DNA from: Candidatus Thorarchaeota archaeon
GTDB lineage: Archaea; Asgardarchaeota; Thorarchaeia; Thorarchaeales; Thorarchaeaceae
Length of the DNA stretch: 64,000 nucleotides
Direction: 5' to 3'
Assembly: GCA_011364985.1 (NCBI GenBank)
Contig: RDOC01000001.1
Span: forward strand, 96,001-160,000
In this document: positions 18,463 to 28,405 of the stretch, one piece after another
Layout of the letters: every line of letters begins with the position of its first letter
How positions within the stretch are numbered: the stretch's first letter is position 1
The notes under the pieces: generated by a model
Database searches by the model: none
What the model was told of the DNA's origin: nothing
What the model saw: only the letters and a program-made list of their open reading frames with translations
Program-made: the position numbers and the translations under genes

Positions 18463-20783
18463 TCACTTTTCATCTTCTTGGCCTCTGTTGCACGCCGCGC
18501 CTCTCTCCACATCAATTCTGAGAGAACGTGAAACATATCGGCAACTCCGTCACCCGTCTTCGCACTGCTCTCCATATAGAGAAAGCCCTGGTCCTCGGCC
18601 CATCGCTTTGCCTCGTCGGACGGCACTGCACGGTCAGGAAGGTCGATCTTGTTGCCCACCACTATCATCGGCACTCTTGTGCCAACGGACTCGTCTGCCT
18701 CCGTGACCCATTTTGATAACTCTGTGAAGGACCGCCGACGTGTCACGTCAAAGACAAGAATGACGCCAGCTGCACCGCTGTAGTACATCTTCCGTACAGC
18801 CTTGAATCGCGCCTGACCGGCCACATCCCACGCCTGCAGTTTTATGCCCACGGCGTAATCGGTTTCGGAGGGCGATATATGGGCGAGTTTGACGGCGAAC
18901 TGACTTCCGATCGTGGTTTTGTAATCACGCTCAAATACACCAGTCACATAGCGATTGACGAGAGTTGTCTTGCCCACAGCACCCTCCCCAGTTACCATCA
19001 CCTTGAACAGATAGGTATAGGTATCGCTGGGTGTGCCAGGTCGAGGGGGTTTTGGTGTCCTACTTCTAATCTCAGTCACGAGCAGGCTCTCTGCGGTGGT
19101 TTCGTCCACCACGGGTATCGGTGTGACCTCAGCAGCAGATTCTTCAATCATCGCAGACACATCATCAAATTCGGACAGGGCTTGTGTGCCCTCTTCCTCA
19201 ATTCCAAAGAGCTGGTCCAGAAGTTCTTCGGCGGCCTTCAGAGACTCGGACGAGTCATCGGAAGCGGTGGTACGCAGAATCTCTGCAGCCTTTTGTCTGG
19301 TGACCTCACCAAAGCCAGTTCCACTAACAGGGGTGAAGGGGGACTCCTCTTCGATTATCGTTTCAGTTGGAGTGAATTCGACACTGGACTGCATCATCAC
19401 TGAGGGCTCAGCTGCTGGGGCAGCAATCACTGCACCTTCTTCCACAAGAATAGCGGTTTCTGGTGTGGTGACCTGCTTGACCTGTCCCGTGGCGTCCGTC
19501 CACATGAGAACGATAGGTCTGATAATAACGGATCCCTCGCTCTTTGGTGCGAGCTGAAGTTCTAGGCATTTTGTTTCACCCGGTCCAAGGTCGAAGCGAA
19601 TCTGTTCCGGTGTAACATCTAAATAGTCCTTGGGAAACCAGTAAAGCTTTCCTGTGATTCCATGGATAGGCTGATCGGACACATTTACTAGAGTGAGCCT
19701 TCCAGTAAGGTCTGCACTTGTCTTTACTTCAGTGCTCACTTCAAACTTCGGAATGATTTGATATAGTCCCTGAAAGGCCTTCAGCGGCCCGTCGGAGACC
19801 CCTACCAGAATCTCTTTCCTATCATCCCGGTTTGCGTCCCCAACGCTTATTGAAAGAATCTTCATATCCAAGTCCATGGACGCAATCTGTTGGAACTCAG
19901 CCATCTGTAGGTTGTAGACCACAACCTTATGATCGGAAGTCGCAATGATGAGTTCATCCATGTGGTCTGCATTGACCTCTTCAATCCTGACAGATAAGGC
20001 CTTGACATTCTCCAGCTTTGTGAACAGGTCCAGCTTGCTCTCTTCATTCCGATAAACACGTACGGAGCCATCGCGAGTGACGACGCCGAGTTCCATCTTG
20101 CGGTCTCCGAGGACATCACCAGCAGCGACTGAGATGACAGGACTTGGCAGGTTAAGTACCTCAATCTGTTCAATGGAGTGATTTCGTACCTTGAACACTC
20201 TGAGTGTCTTGTCAAGATTCCCCGTGACTATCTCATCAATCTCATCCCCGATTACATCACAGGTACCGATCGCGATGGGCATATCCTCTAGTTGATGCTT
20301 GAGATATTCTGTGAGATTGTTGTCAGTGTCCATCTTGTAAATTCGAAGTGTAGAGTCACTTGCACCAACTAGAATCTCATTCTTGTTGTCCCCCGTCACG
20401 TCTGTGACATACACTGCTGTTACAAAGGTTCCAACAGCTTTCTCTGCAAGGAGTTCTAGTTGACCGCTTGGTGCATATCGGTAGACTTGGACAGTACCAG
20501 CCTCACCCTCCACATCCTGAGGACCCAGACTTCTTCCAACGACTATCTCCATGAAACCGTCGTTGTTTGCATCTGAAACTTTGGCTGAGAGAATACTTCC
20601 TTCGAGGTCTTTTTGGGCCAAGAACTTGGTTTCACCATTGATTACTTCATAGAGCTTCAAAACGCCGTCTCTGTCCCCAGTGCAAATCTGTGAACTACCT
20701 GAACCAGTGATGCTTCCTACCGCAATAGCGCTTGTGCTCCTGTCATCTTCAACTTCGAAAAGAATCCTTGGCGAGGACAACAT
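18459..20783 (-). CDS. Fusion of FG-GAP/BBS2-like beta-propeller, Ig-like domain, acidic linker and Rab-like small GTPase
   Basis: Repeats D(V/A)xxDxxxE(I/L)(V/L)xG; GTPase motifs GEGAVGKTT, YKTTIG, WDVAGQ, YYSGA, GNKID, ESSAK. Confidence 0.88.
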   Translation of the reverse strand: MLSSPRILFEVEDDRSTSAIAVGSITGSGSSQICTGDRDGVLKLYEVINGETKFLAQKDLEGSILSAKVSDANNDGFMEIVVGRSLGPQDVEGEAGTVQVYRYAPSGQLELLAEKAVGTFVTAVYVTDVTGDNKNEILVGASDSTLRIYKMDTDNNLTEYLKHQLEDMPIAIGTCDVIGDEIDEIVTGNLDKTLRVFKVRNHSIEQIEVLNLPSPVISVAAGDVLGDRKMELGVVTRDGSVRVYRNEESKLDLFTKLENVKALSVRIEEVNADHMDELIIATSDHKVVVYNLQMAEFQQIASMDLDMKILSISVGDANRDDRKEILVGVSDGPLKAFQGLYQIIPKFEVSTEVKTSADLTGRLTLVNVSDQPIHGITGKLYWFPKDYLDVTPEQIRFDLGPGETKCLELQLAPKSEGSVIIRPIVLMWTDATGQVKQVTTPETAILVEEGAVIAAPAAEPSVMMQSSVEFTPTETIIEEESPFTPVSGTGFGEVTRQKAAEILRTTASDDSSESLKAAEELLDQLFGIEEEGTQALSEFDDVSAMIEESAAEVTPIPVVDETTAESLLVTEIRSRTPKPPRPGTPSDTYTYLFKVMVTGEGAVGKTTLVNRYVTGVFERDYKTTIGSQFAVKLAHISPSETDYAVGIKLQAWDVAGQARFKAVRKMYYSGAAGVILVFDVTRRRSFTELSKWVTEADESVGTRVPMIVVGNKIDLPDRAVPSDEAKRWAEDQGFLYMESSAKTGDGVADMFHVLSELMWREARRATEAKKMKSD

Positions 20784-20974
20784 AGATTACCATCCATTCG
20801 CTAATGAGGATAGTGACCTTCTGCTAGGCAAATGGTATCTACCCTGATACCAGAAACTTCGTAAGCCGCCTTTTTGAACCTTGCTAGGTTTTAGTCCATT
20901 TGTGCAATTCAAGGAGAAATGCAAATGATACAGTATTTAACCCACTTTCTTCCAAGAAAGGGCAGGTGTCCAGC

Positions 20975-21775
20975 TTGCCGAGATTGTCAGTTCAGGGGAT
21001 ATGGAAAGCGTACCCAAACGAAGAAGATGGGGAAACATTAGTACTTGAGGACATAAGCTTCGAGGTGAAGAATGGCGAGTTCCTCAGTATTGTAGGTCCG
21101 TCTGGATGCGGTAAGACGACTTTGCTCAAGATCATCGCGGGCCTTCTTGAGCCGGATAAGGGGCATGTTTCAATAGACAATGTACAAGTGAAGCCTGGCC
21201 ACAATCAAGCTGGTTACATCTTTCAGCAGGAGTCGCTATTCCCTTGGCGCACTGTAAGGCAAAATATTGCATTTGGTCTTGAGATAGCAGAGATCCAAGA
21301 ACCCGAAAAGAACCGCTCAATCGATGAAATTGTTTCTATTGTAGGAATGAGAGGCCTTGAGGACAATTTTCCCCACGAGATTTCAGGCGGGCAAGCTCGT
21401 AAGACGGAAATGGCGCGCAGTCTCGTCACGAAGCCAGACATATTGATAGCGGATGAAGCACTATCAAACTTGGATGCCCAGACGAGAAACTACCTTCAAG
21501 AGGAGCTCATGAGGATAAGCCAAGAAACTGGGTCAACGGTGCTCTTTGTCTCGCATAATGTGGATGAAGCTGTCTTTATGTCTGATAGAATACTTGTAAT
21601 GAGTAATCTTCCTGGGAAGTTGATTGCTGAGTTTAGCATCGATCTTCCGAAGCCTCGCATCAGAACCTCACCCGAGTGCCTTTCATATCGCGCGCGAATT
21701 CTCGACCTCCTGAAAGTGGAGCAAGAAAAAGCCATGAGAGATCAAGCTAGACTGAAACCGCCTGTCGCCACCTAA
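20975..21775 (+). CDS. ABC transporter ATP-binding protein (SsuB/TauB/NrtD type)
   Basis: GPSGCGKTT, ISGGQ, ADEALSNLD, SHNVDEA. Confidence 0.9.
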   Translation: MPRLSVQGIWKAYPNEEDGETLVLEDISFEVKNGEFLSIVGPSGCGKTTLLKIIAGLLEPDKGHVSIDNVQVKPGHNQAGYIFQQESLFPWRTVRQNIAFGLEIAEIQEPEKNRSIDEIVSIVGMRGLEDNFPHEISGGQARKTEMARSLVTKPDILIADEALSNLDAQTRNYLQEELMRISQETGSTVLFVSHNVDEAVFMSDRILVMSNLPGKLIAEFSIDLPKPRIRTSPECLSYRARILDLLKVEQEKAMRDQARLKPPVAT

Positions 21776-22589
21776 GCAGACGTTGTTCTATTCTAAGAAA
21801 TCCGTAGCTGAAAATGAAACCGATCAGACCGATAACTAGCATGGTTGCTATGACCTCTGCTGTCCTCCCAACCTGCCAGCCATCCCATACGAGATATCCA
21901 AGACCAAGGCCTCCTCCAATCATCTCTGCAGCCATGAGACACATCCAACCTATTCCAAACCCAATACGCAGACCCGAGAACATCTCGGGGGCAGCAGAGG
22001 GGATAACAACCTTTGCCAGAATTTCCGATTCCGTCGCTCCAAAGGTCTTTGCAACATCAATGTGGACAGGTTCGGTTCTCTTTACTCCTGTGGTTGTATC
22101 GATTAGAATAGGAAAGAAAGCTCCCACCCAAATGACGAACACCTGCGCACCAAGAAGATTCCCCGTGAAAACAATAAGTGCCAGAGGAATCCAAGCAATG
22201 GGTGGGATGGGTCGCATTGCGTCAATCACAGGTCCAAGAATAGCATCAACAGCCTTATAGCGCCCAACTGCTATTCCTAGGGGGATTCCAGTCAAAGCTG
22301 CTGCTAGAAAGCCGAGAAGTACTCTTGTCACACTCAACGCAGAATGGAACAGAAGAACCCTGTTATCACTATCGCCCTCAATCATCAGCTTTACAAAGGC
22401 CTGTGCGATATCGATGAGGGAAACTCTTGATGGAATAGCAATTACCTGCCAAAGAAGAATTAGGACAATTGTTGGGAAAACTGCCCTATATAGGAAACCA
22501 CGAAGAGCCATTAACCTAGCCTTTTCTCGCTTATGGACTTCTTTCTCTTGTCTTCTGTCGTCAGCAGCAAGGGCAGATTCTGATGCCAT
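21747..22589 (-). CDS. ABC transporter permease (SsuC/TauC type)
   Basis: RPIPPIAWIP, AKTFGA, SGLRIGFGIGWMCLMAAEMIG. Confidence 0.9.
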   Translation of the reverse strand: MASESALAADDRRQEKEVHKREKARLMALRGFLYRAVFPTIVLILLWQVIAIPSRVSLIDIAQAFVKLMIEGDSDNRVLLFHSALSVTRVLLGFLAAALTGIPLGIAVGRYKAVDAILGPVIDAMRPIPPIAWIPLALIVFTGNLLGAQVFVIWVGAFFPILIDTTTGVKRTEPVHIDVAKTFGATESEILAKVVIPSAAPEMFSGLRIGFGIGWMCLMAAEMIGGGLGLGYLVWDGWQVGRTAEVIATMLVIGLIGFIFSYGFLRIEQRLLRWRQAVSV

Positions 22590-22666
22590 GTCAATAAATA
22601 AGAGAACGTGGCATGCTTTTGTTTCTGCCGTTTTACACCATCCAAATCAGATGACGGATAGCCGAG

Positions 22667-23662
22667 CTAGCCTAATGCTTCCTCAATGTATGTTGTGTTA
22701 ACAAAATCATGAATGAATGTAGGTGTGTCAGCAGGTATTTTATCTGAGTTAAGCAGCTCTTGGTCAATCAAGAAGTCGAGATACATTTCCAAGCCAGTAT
22801 TGTTCACATTGTAGTCGTAGATGATGCGGCTGAATGCTGTTTCGACGGGCTCTATCTCCATCTCAAGCCAGTCAACAGCTATTGCTACTGCCTCGGTTGG
22901 GTGTGTGATGATCCATTCCTGTGCCCGTACATGAATCTCAACGATTTTCTGAACTATATCTGGATGAAGGTTCATGAACTGATTTGCAGCTGCCAAAACA
23001 CAGCAAGGATGCCGAGACCAAATCTGACCTGAGAGCAGCAACGGCTCTGCTAGACCATCATATTCAGCCTTAGCGTTGAAGGGTTCCCATGCGACAAATG
23101 CGGGGATGTCTTCTGATAGAGAACTAGCCATGTAAACCGGAGATGTTGTGTGGGTCCCGCTTAAATCAGTGAAATCTAGACCTGCTTGGTCAAGTGCCAG
23201 CCTAAGAAGGAAATTTTGAACAGTTGAAGACCCAGGCTGGTATACACCCTTTCCAGCAAGATCGGAAATACAAGTGATGGCTCCAGAATCATAGTCTGAC
23301 TTGCGAACCATAATGGCTGAGCCCTCTAGATTTGCAGCGGCAAGAACAGTGATGAGGATATCTTGATTGATACGTTTCGTGAGAGCAGGAGCAGCTCCCA
23401 AATACCCCATATCGATTTGATCCCCAAGAAAACCATCCATTTCCAATGCACCATTCTGGAAAGTCACGAGGCCGACTCGAATCCCAGCCTCTTCAAACCA
23501 ATCATTCTCCAGTGCGACACGCAAGGCAAGCTGATGAAGATCCTTGGAGAGATATCCAATCCTGACATCAGGGACTGATGTGACATACCAGAATGCGCCC
23601 AGCAGGGCAGCACCACCGATTACTGCGATTATTCCAATAGCAAGTGCCTGCTGTTTGTTCAT
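22667..23662 (-). CDS. ABC transporter substrate-binding protein (SsuA/NrtA/Thi5 type)
   Basis: N-terminal TM anchor, IDMGYLGAAPA, AWEPF, HPCCVL. Confidence 0.88.
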   Translation of the reverse strand: MNKQQALAIGIIAVIGGAALLGAFWYVTSVPDVRIGYLSKDLHQLALRVALENDWFEEAGIRVGLVTFQNGALEMDGFLGDQIDMGYLGAAPALTKRINQDILITVLAAANLEGSAIMVRKSDYDSGAITCISDLAGKGVYQPGSSTVQNFLLRLALDQAGLDFTDLSGTHTTSPVYMASSLSEDIPAFVAWEPFNAKAEYDGLAEPLLLSGQIWSRHPCCVLAAANQFMNLHPDIVQKIVEIHVRAQEWIITHPTEAVAIAVDWLEMEIEPVETAFSRIIYDYNVNNTGLEMYLDFLIDQELLNSDKIPADTPTFIHDFVNTTYIEEALG

Positions 23663-23767
23663 AAGAAAAACCTCTTGTGTCGTTGCCGAACCTACACACA
23701 ATTAAGCATTGACATTCATACGCGTCTTTCAGCAAATTGATTAGTAGGACTCGCATATTAAAGTAAT

Positions 23768-24145
23768 ATGGCACTCCGAGAAAGGATCCCAGACCAATTG
23801 AAGCTGAGAAACGAGGTAGTATCCATTACTATGGAAGACGACGTGTCTGTGTTCCCCACGAATGAATACATTCTGCTAGAGATATCTCACACTGTCGGTA
23901 AGATTAACATTCCACAGATTGCTGGAACAATACGCGATCTTGTCAAGAGCGATTCAAGAATGGTAGCTATCAGAGGGTATGGGTTCAAGGGAATCGGTCT
24001 TTCAGTTCGGATTGCTCATGAATTGAAGAAGAGGGAGCAACGATTTCTCTATCAGATGACCTTTGATACCTTTGACGCAATTGATCCCAAGGATGAAAAA
24101 ATACTCACTAGCGTACAGATCATCGTAATGCCCCCAGAATCGTAG
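23768..24145 (+). CDS. Alba-fold nucleic-acid-binding protein (divergent)
   Basis: VAIRGYGFKGIGLSVRIAHEL...TSVQIIV resembles the Alba VxIKARGxAIxxAVxVA...SxIEI pattern. Confidence 0.55.
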   Translation: MALRERIPDQLKLRNEVVSITMEDDVSVFPTNEYILLEISHTVGKINIPQIAGTIRDLVKSDSRMVAIRGYGFKGIGLSVRIAHELKKREQRFLYQMTFDTFDAIDPKDEKILTSVQIIVMPPES

Positions 24146-24153
24146 GTGCGACG

Positions 24154-24882
24154 ATGGTAGGAGAATCTGGAAATATGAATGAAGAAAGTGTGGAGCAGGC
24201 AATTGGAAATGAATCCTCGATTCTTAGATGCAAGATATCAAACCTGCAGTTTCCAGAGATATGTCCTGTTTGCATGAAAGAAGGAGAGGACCTTATTGCA
24301 GTCACGGTCATAGAGAGAAGTCCAAGCAAGGAGAGGTATGACACTCACTCTTCATGGGGCAGTGGTGAAGATAAAGTGGGAGCTGCACTTGAGGCAGCAA
24401 GAGGTGCAACGGTTTTCTGGATTCCAACATGCCTCAAACATGGAAGCCGAAGCGTTCGCACCGAAAGGAAGCGACTGCTTGCATTTGCGGCCTATTTTGT
24501 CATGTTTTATCCAATGCTCTACTTTTTCCTCTCACTAAGAAATGCGATGCTTCAAGAAAGACCCTTTGAAATTCCACTCCTCGGACTTCTGGTGACTTTG
24601 CTGATATTCCTTTTAATGGCATTTTACGGCTTCTATCCAAGGTCTCTTGAGAAAGCCGTCACAATTCTGAATACAGAGAGAAGCAGGGATAGTGTATATC
24701 TAAGGATCAGAAACGATGAGTACAGAAGAGCCTTCATGGAGCTCAATGAGATGTCCTGCGACTTCGTTTCTTCTGTTGCTGCCACTCAAGCTCAAGAAGA
24801 GGATCCATCAGAATTCAAGAGACAAACCTCCATAGAAGGATACGGTATAGATGTTTCTTCGGGTGTGGCTGATGAAGAATAG
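24154..24882 (+). CDS. Membrane protein with a putative Zn site
   Basis: FPEICPVC...PTCLKH, two TM helices. Confidence 0.7.
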   Translation: MVGESGNMNEESVEQAIGNESSILRCKISNLQFPEICPVCMKEGEDLIAVTVIERSPSKERYDTHSSWGSGEDKVGAALEAARGATVFWIPTCLKHGSRSVRTERKRLLAFAAYFVMFYPMLYFFLSLRNAMLQERPFEIPLLGLLVTLLIFLLMAFYGFYPRSLEKAVTILNTERSRDSVYLRIRNDEYRRAFMELNEMSCDFVSSVAATQAQEEDPSEFKRQTSIEGYGIDVSSGVADEE

Positions 24883-26092
24883 AATTGGAAGGGTGTTTGC
24901 TGCCTTGTCGCTGGCTATGGTCATTCTCGCTCAGACAGTGGTTTCGCCAAATATAGTGGCCGCAAGTCACGGGCACGTTACACCTATCTCAGTTTCACTG
25001 TCACAGATGCCAAGTGACTATATTGAACACCTTCCGATATATGTTCAGGAGTCTAGTGACTTCATCAGTTTCGGTTTTGATGGAACAGGAACGCCCGACG
25101 ATCCCTTTGCCATAGAAGGACTGAATATCACCGCAACAACAAGATGTGTGTATCTGCAGAATATCTCAGATCATGTTGTAATCCGAAATTGCTACTTTAG
25201 GGCTAGTAATTATCAATTTCCATGTGTAGCTCTTGATCACACCAACCAAACGACATTCGAAAAGTGCATCTTTCAAGGAGGGTCGTGCGGTATGAGCCTA
25301 GCAAACACGGCTTTCATTTCAGCTGCTGACAACATATTTCTTGAAGCAGAGATAGGGATAAGAGCCACCTCTGCATTCATGTTCAATTGCTCCAGATGTC
25401 GAATTCTAAATAACGAATATGGCATATTATTGAGTGAAAGTCATGTGTGCAACCTGACGAGAAATAAGGTATATCGAAACTCAGAATTTGGAATTTGCAT
25501 GGGCTTGGAGTCTGTGAATAACCTAGTAACAGAGAATACAGTTGGGAGAAATCACGCCTCTGAAATAGAGATTAACGCAATAGACATTGGACTATCGAAT
25601 AACTGGACTGGTAACTACTGGTCAGACTATGCTCCGCCAGGACCATATACGATTTCCGGTGCGGCGAGTTCGACCGACAACACACCAAGCAAGTTTCAGG
25701 ACGACCAAAGCCCCTTTCTAGAAGCTCATCAAGACTTATTCTACGCAGAGGGAAGCACTGGAAATGAGATTCAATGGAATGCAACTGACGAATTCTCGTG
25801 GACCTATGTCATTACTAGAGGAACACAAGTAGAGAAAGAAGGTACATGGATCAGCCAGATTATTACCTTCGAAATCGATGGTCTGCCTCAAGGAAATCAC
25901 ATGTTCCAGATCAGACTCTTTGACATCGACGGGAATGAGGCATTCGATGATGTTGAAGTCTTCGTTTTCGTTATAATATTCAGTAACATTGGTACAACTG
26001 AACTCATGATAGGCTCCTTGGGAAGTGTTGGATTTGTGCTAGGAGTGTTAATATTCTTCAAAATGCGGCAGAAAAGACATTCTTCAATCTAG
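24872..26092 (+). CDS. Secreted/surface NosD-like parallel beta-helix protein with C-terminal anchor
   Basis: Signal peptide, GTGTPDDPFAIEGLNI, Asn-ladder repeats, GNYWSDY, C-terminal TM followed by basic residues. Confidence 0.82.
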   Translation: MKNRIGRVFAALSLAMVILAQTVVSPNIVAASHGHVTPISVSLSQMPSDYIEHLPIYVQESSDFISFGFDGTGTPDDPFAIEGLNITATTRCVYLQNISDHVVIRNCYFRASNYQFPCVALDHTNQTTFEKCIFQGGSCGMSLANTAFISAADNIFLEAEIGIRATSAFMFNCSRCRILNNEYGILLSESHVCNLTRNKVYRNSEFGICMGLESVNNLVTENTVGRNHASEIEINAIDIGLSNNWTGNYWSDYAPPGPYTISGAASSTDNTPSKFQDDQSPFLEAHQDLFYAEGSTGNEIQWNATDEFSWTYVITRGTQVEKEGTWISQIITFEIDGLPQGNHMFQIRLFDIDGNEAFDDVEVFVFVIIFSNIGTTELMIGSLGSVGFVLGVLIFFKMRQKRHSSI

Positions 26093-26474
26093 TTGGAAAT
26101 CTATTCGTAGTCCTTCAGCTATAAATGAGCAAAGTATCACTCCTTGTTGCCCCCGAGGACGTATTCGAAGCCAATTGACATTTGATAGGTTCGTTGTTTG
26201 CACCACTCATTCTTTTCTTGATCTTAGGGCTGACACAATCAATAGATGCGGTGGATGTTCTCGCCTGCATTATCATTCTTGCATGAAGAAACGCGCCTAG
26301 ACATCGTCTCTTTGATGGTGTAGCTCTTCCTCGCTATGCCATCCTTCTTTTGAATAGAACCAGATTCTGCGCCTTCTATCAATTTGCGGTCAAGAACAGG
26401 TGCAATCCACTAAATACATAAGCATGGCCTCTCGTGCCATCGATGAAGCTTCCCTATGTAGGTGAAGATAGATA

Positions 26475-27050
26475 ATGGCGCTTGACTTCGCGAAAGGAAT
26501 CACTGAGTTCCGATGGCACGGACGCGGCGGACAAGGTGTTGTCACATCGAATCAGATGCTTGGCAAGGCCGCTCTGGCGGAAGGCAACTACATACAGGCC
26601 TTCCCTGAGTTCGGGCCAGAACGAACCGGAGCCCCAGTGCGGGCATTTTTGAGAATCAGCAAGAGCCCCATCCAGGTCTACGCGCAGGTATATAATCCTG
26701 ACATTGTGGTCTGCATAGACCCAACCCTTCTGGACGTGGTTGACCCCTCAGAGGGCTTGAAGCCAGATGGAACGCTCGTGCTTAACACTACATTGAGCTC
26801 GGAGGAGATTCGCAAGAAGTTCAACTTCAAGGGTGGCAAGGTGGTTAGTGTTGATGCCACCAAGATTGCGCTAGACATCCTCGGAAGGCCCTTTTACAAT
26901 ATGCCAACAATGGCAGCAGCTGTGAAAGCCTCCGGTGTTGTCAATATCGAGACCGTCATCAACGAAGTTGTAGAACGATACCCGGGCAAGATTGGCGACC
27001 TAAACAAGGCTGCGATGAAACGAGCTGTAGAGGAGGCAAGAATAGGATGA
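26475..27050 (+). CDS. porC: Pyruvate/2-oxoacid:ferredoxin oxidoreductase gamma subunit
   Basis: EFRWHGRGGQGVVT, AFPEFGPERTGAPV. Confidence 0.95.
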   Translation: MALDFAKGITEFRWHGRGGQGVVTSNQMLGKAALAEGNYIQAFPEFGPERTGAPVRAFLRISKSPIQVYAQVYNPDIVVCIDPTLLDVVDPSEGLKPDGTLVLNTTLSSEEIRKKFNFKGGKVVSVDATKIALDILGRPFYNMPTMAAAVKASGVVNIETVINEVVERYPGKIGDLNKAAMKRAVEEARIG

Positions 27051-27343
27051 GCGAGAAATTCAACGAGATTCCGATGGCAGGTAATATTATTGAACCCGGT
27101 AATGCTGTGAAATACAGAACTGGAGGATGGCGAGCCCAAAGACCAGTCCATGACCCGACAAATTGCCTCTGGATAAAGAATGGTACCTGCGGAAGATGCT
27201 GGATATTCTGTCCTGATATGGCGATTCGTCTTATCGAGAAGGATGGAAAGTACAGCTATGAATACAATCTGGATGCATGCAAGGGCTGTGGAATTTGCTC
27301 CAATGAGTGCCCTACAGATAGCATCAAAATGAAGAGTGAGTAG
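27047..27343 (+). CDS. porD: Pyruvate/2-oxoacid:ferredoxin oxidoreductase delta subunit
   Basis: TGGWRAQRP, CGRCWIFCPD, CKGCGICSNECP. Confidence 0.95.
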   Translation: MSEKFNEIPMAGNIIEPGNAVKYRTGGWRAQRPVHDPTNCLWIKNGTCGRCWIFCPDMAIRLIEKDGKYSYEYNLDACKGCGICSNECPTDSIKMKSE

Positions 27344-27352
27344 ATAGCTGCA

Positions 27353-27442
27353 GTGGAAAGAGCATCCCAAGAAAAGATTACGATTGAAAGACCCACCGGC
27401 GAAGCAGCAATTGCACATGCGCTGAAGCAGTGCGAGCATTAA
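27353..27442 (+). pseudogene. Truncated 5' remnant of a porA paralogue
   Basis: KITIERPTGEAAIAHALKQCEH* aligns with AISIEGLTGDAAIAHALKQCD of porA near 42460-42520. Confidence 0.8.
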
Positions 27443-28081
27443 TGGCACTGGACTTTCTGAAAACAATAGATTATATTGTTCTAGAGGATATGTTGTATCT
27501 CGGGATAGAGTTTCTTATTCCAAACAAGACTCTGAGTTTGCCTGAGCATCAGGTTCGTTTCTCTTATACAAATAACAATGTTCTCCTAGGCAAGCATCTA
27601 TATGGACTCGTACTTCGAATCGATGCTCATCTCGGATGGGTTCGCTCATTCTCTCGTACAGGATTTCTCCTTCCAACTGCTGACACATCGTATGTTATTG
27701 CACCAAGCTTGGTTGAAGAACTCGTAAAGAAGAAAATGGGAGATAGTAGGGCAAAAATCATTAAGATGAATAACCTACTTTTTGCTCGTCGAGGATGGGA
27801 GTTACCTTGGGAGATCCACCAGATTGAGATTCTCACTTGCTTGGAGAGTTGAGGTAGAAACAGCAGCAGGAGATAGATTGGTTCTTAATGAATCCCTGAG
27901 AGTCGCTTATAATGGAGAACAGTTTAGTCCGGCTCCTTTGTATCTTCGTCTTGGCATCGTTGGAGAAAGTACTATGTTCTATCTAATCTTGGCGCCTTCA
28001 TGGTGCATTGCCATTGCAGCCATTGCCTTTCTTCTCATGAAACGACGACTCTCTAGAATCTTGGTATTGAAGAGAGGATGA
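27442..28081 (+). pseudogene. Frameshifted or truncated membrane-anchored protein
   Basis: ORFs 27430..27852 and 27782..28081 appear to join at the T-tract near 27779-27783; LAWRVEV motif and C-terminal TM followed by KRR. Confidence 0.5.
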
Positions 28082-28405
28082 AGTTGAGACATGCAATTAA
28101 GAATCCCAAATAGTAGCTTTGTAGATTCTACCTGACAATAAACCGTGTCTTGTTACAGATACACTGACATTGCCTTACGAAGGCAACAAAATCCCCTCGA
28201 CCAAGATCAGCTTGGCCTAGGTTGGTCCATCAGCTTGGGTTATTATATCAACGTTGTTGAGCATCAAGGTCTTGACCTCATCATCGGCATGATGACGTCA
28301 GCTGTTCCCCAATGAATTTGCGAATCGGTATGATTCCGCTGCTAGCTATCATTGTGCTGAATATCCCCTAATGCAATGGTTATATCGAGCACCAAGATTT
28401 CAGTC

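Noticed and set aside
20975-23662. ABC ATPase is convergent with, and overlaps, its permease
   Set aside because: Unusual orientation, but all parts are intact; probably a local rearrangement with no further signal
27165-27190. Five-residue insertion in the first ferredoxin motif of PorD as an in-frame intron
   Set aside because: No BHB structure; expanded CxxC loops are common in ferredoxins
27442-27475. MALDFLKTI resembles the PorC start MALDFAKGI
   Set aside because: Similarity ends after about 9 residues; likely coincidence
28156-28168. 13-mer CAGATACACTGAC identical to the porA exon 1/intron boundary (42553-42565)
   Set aside because: 13-mer matches are expected by chance in 64 kb; no BHB partner strand or flanking similarity here
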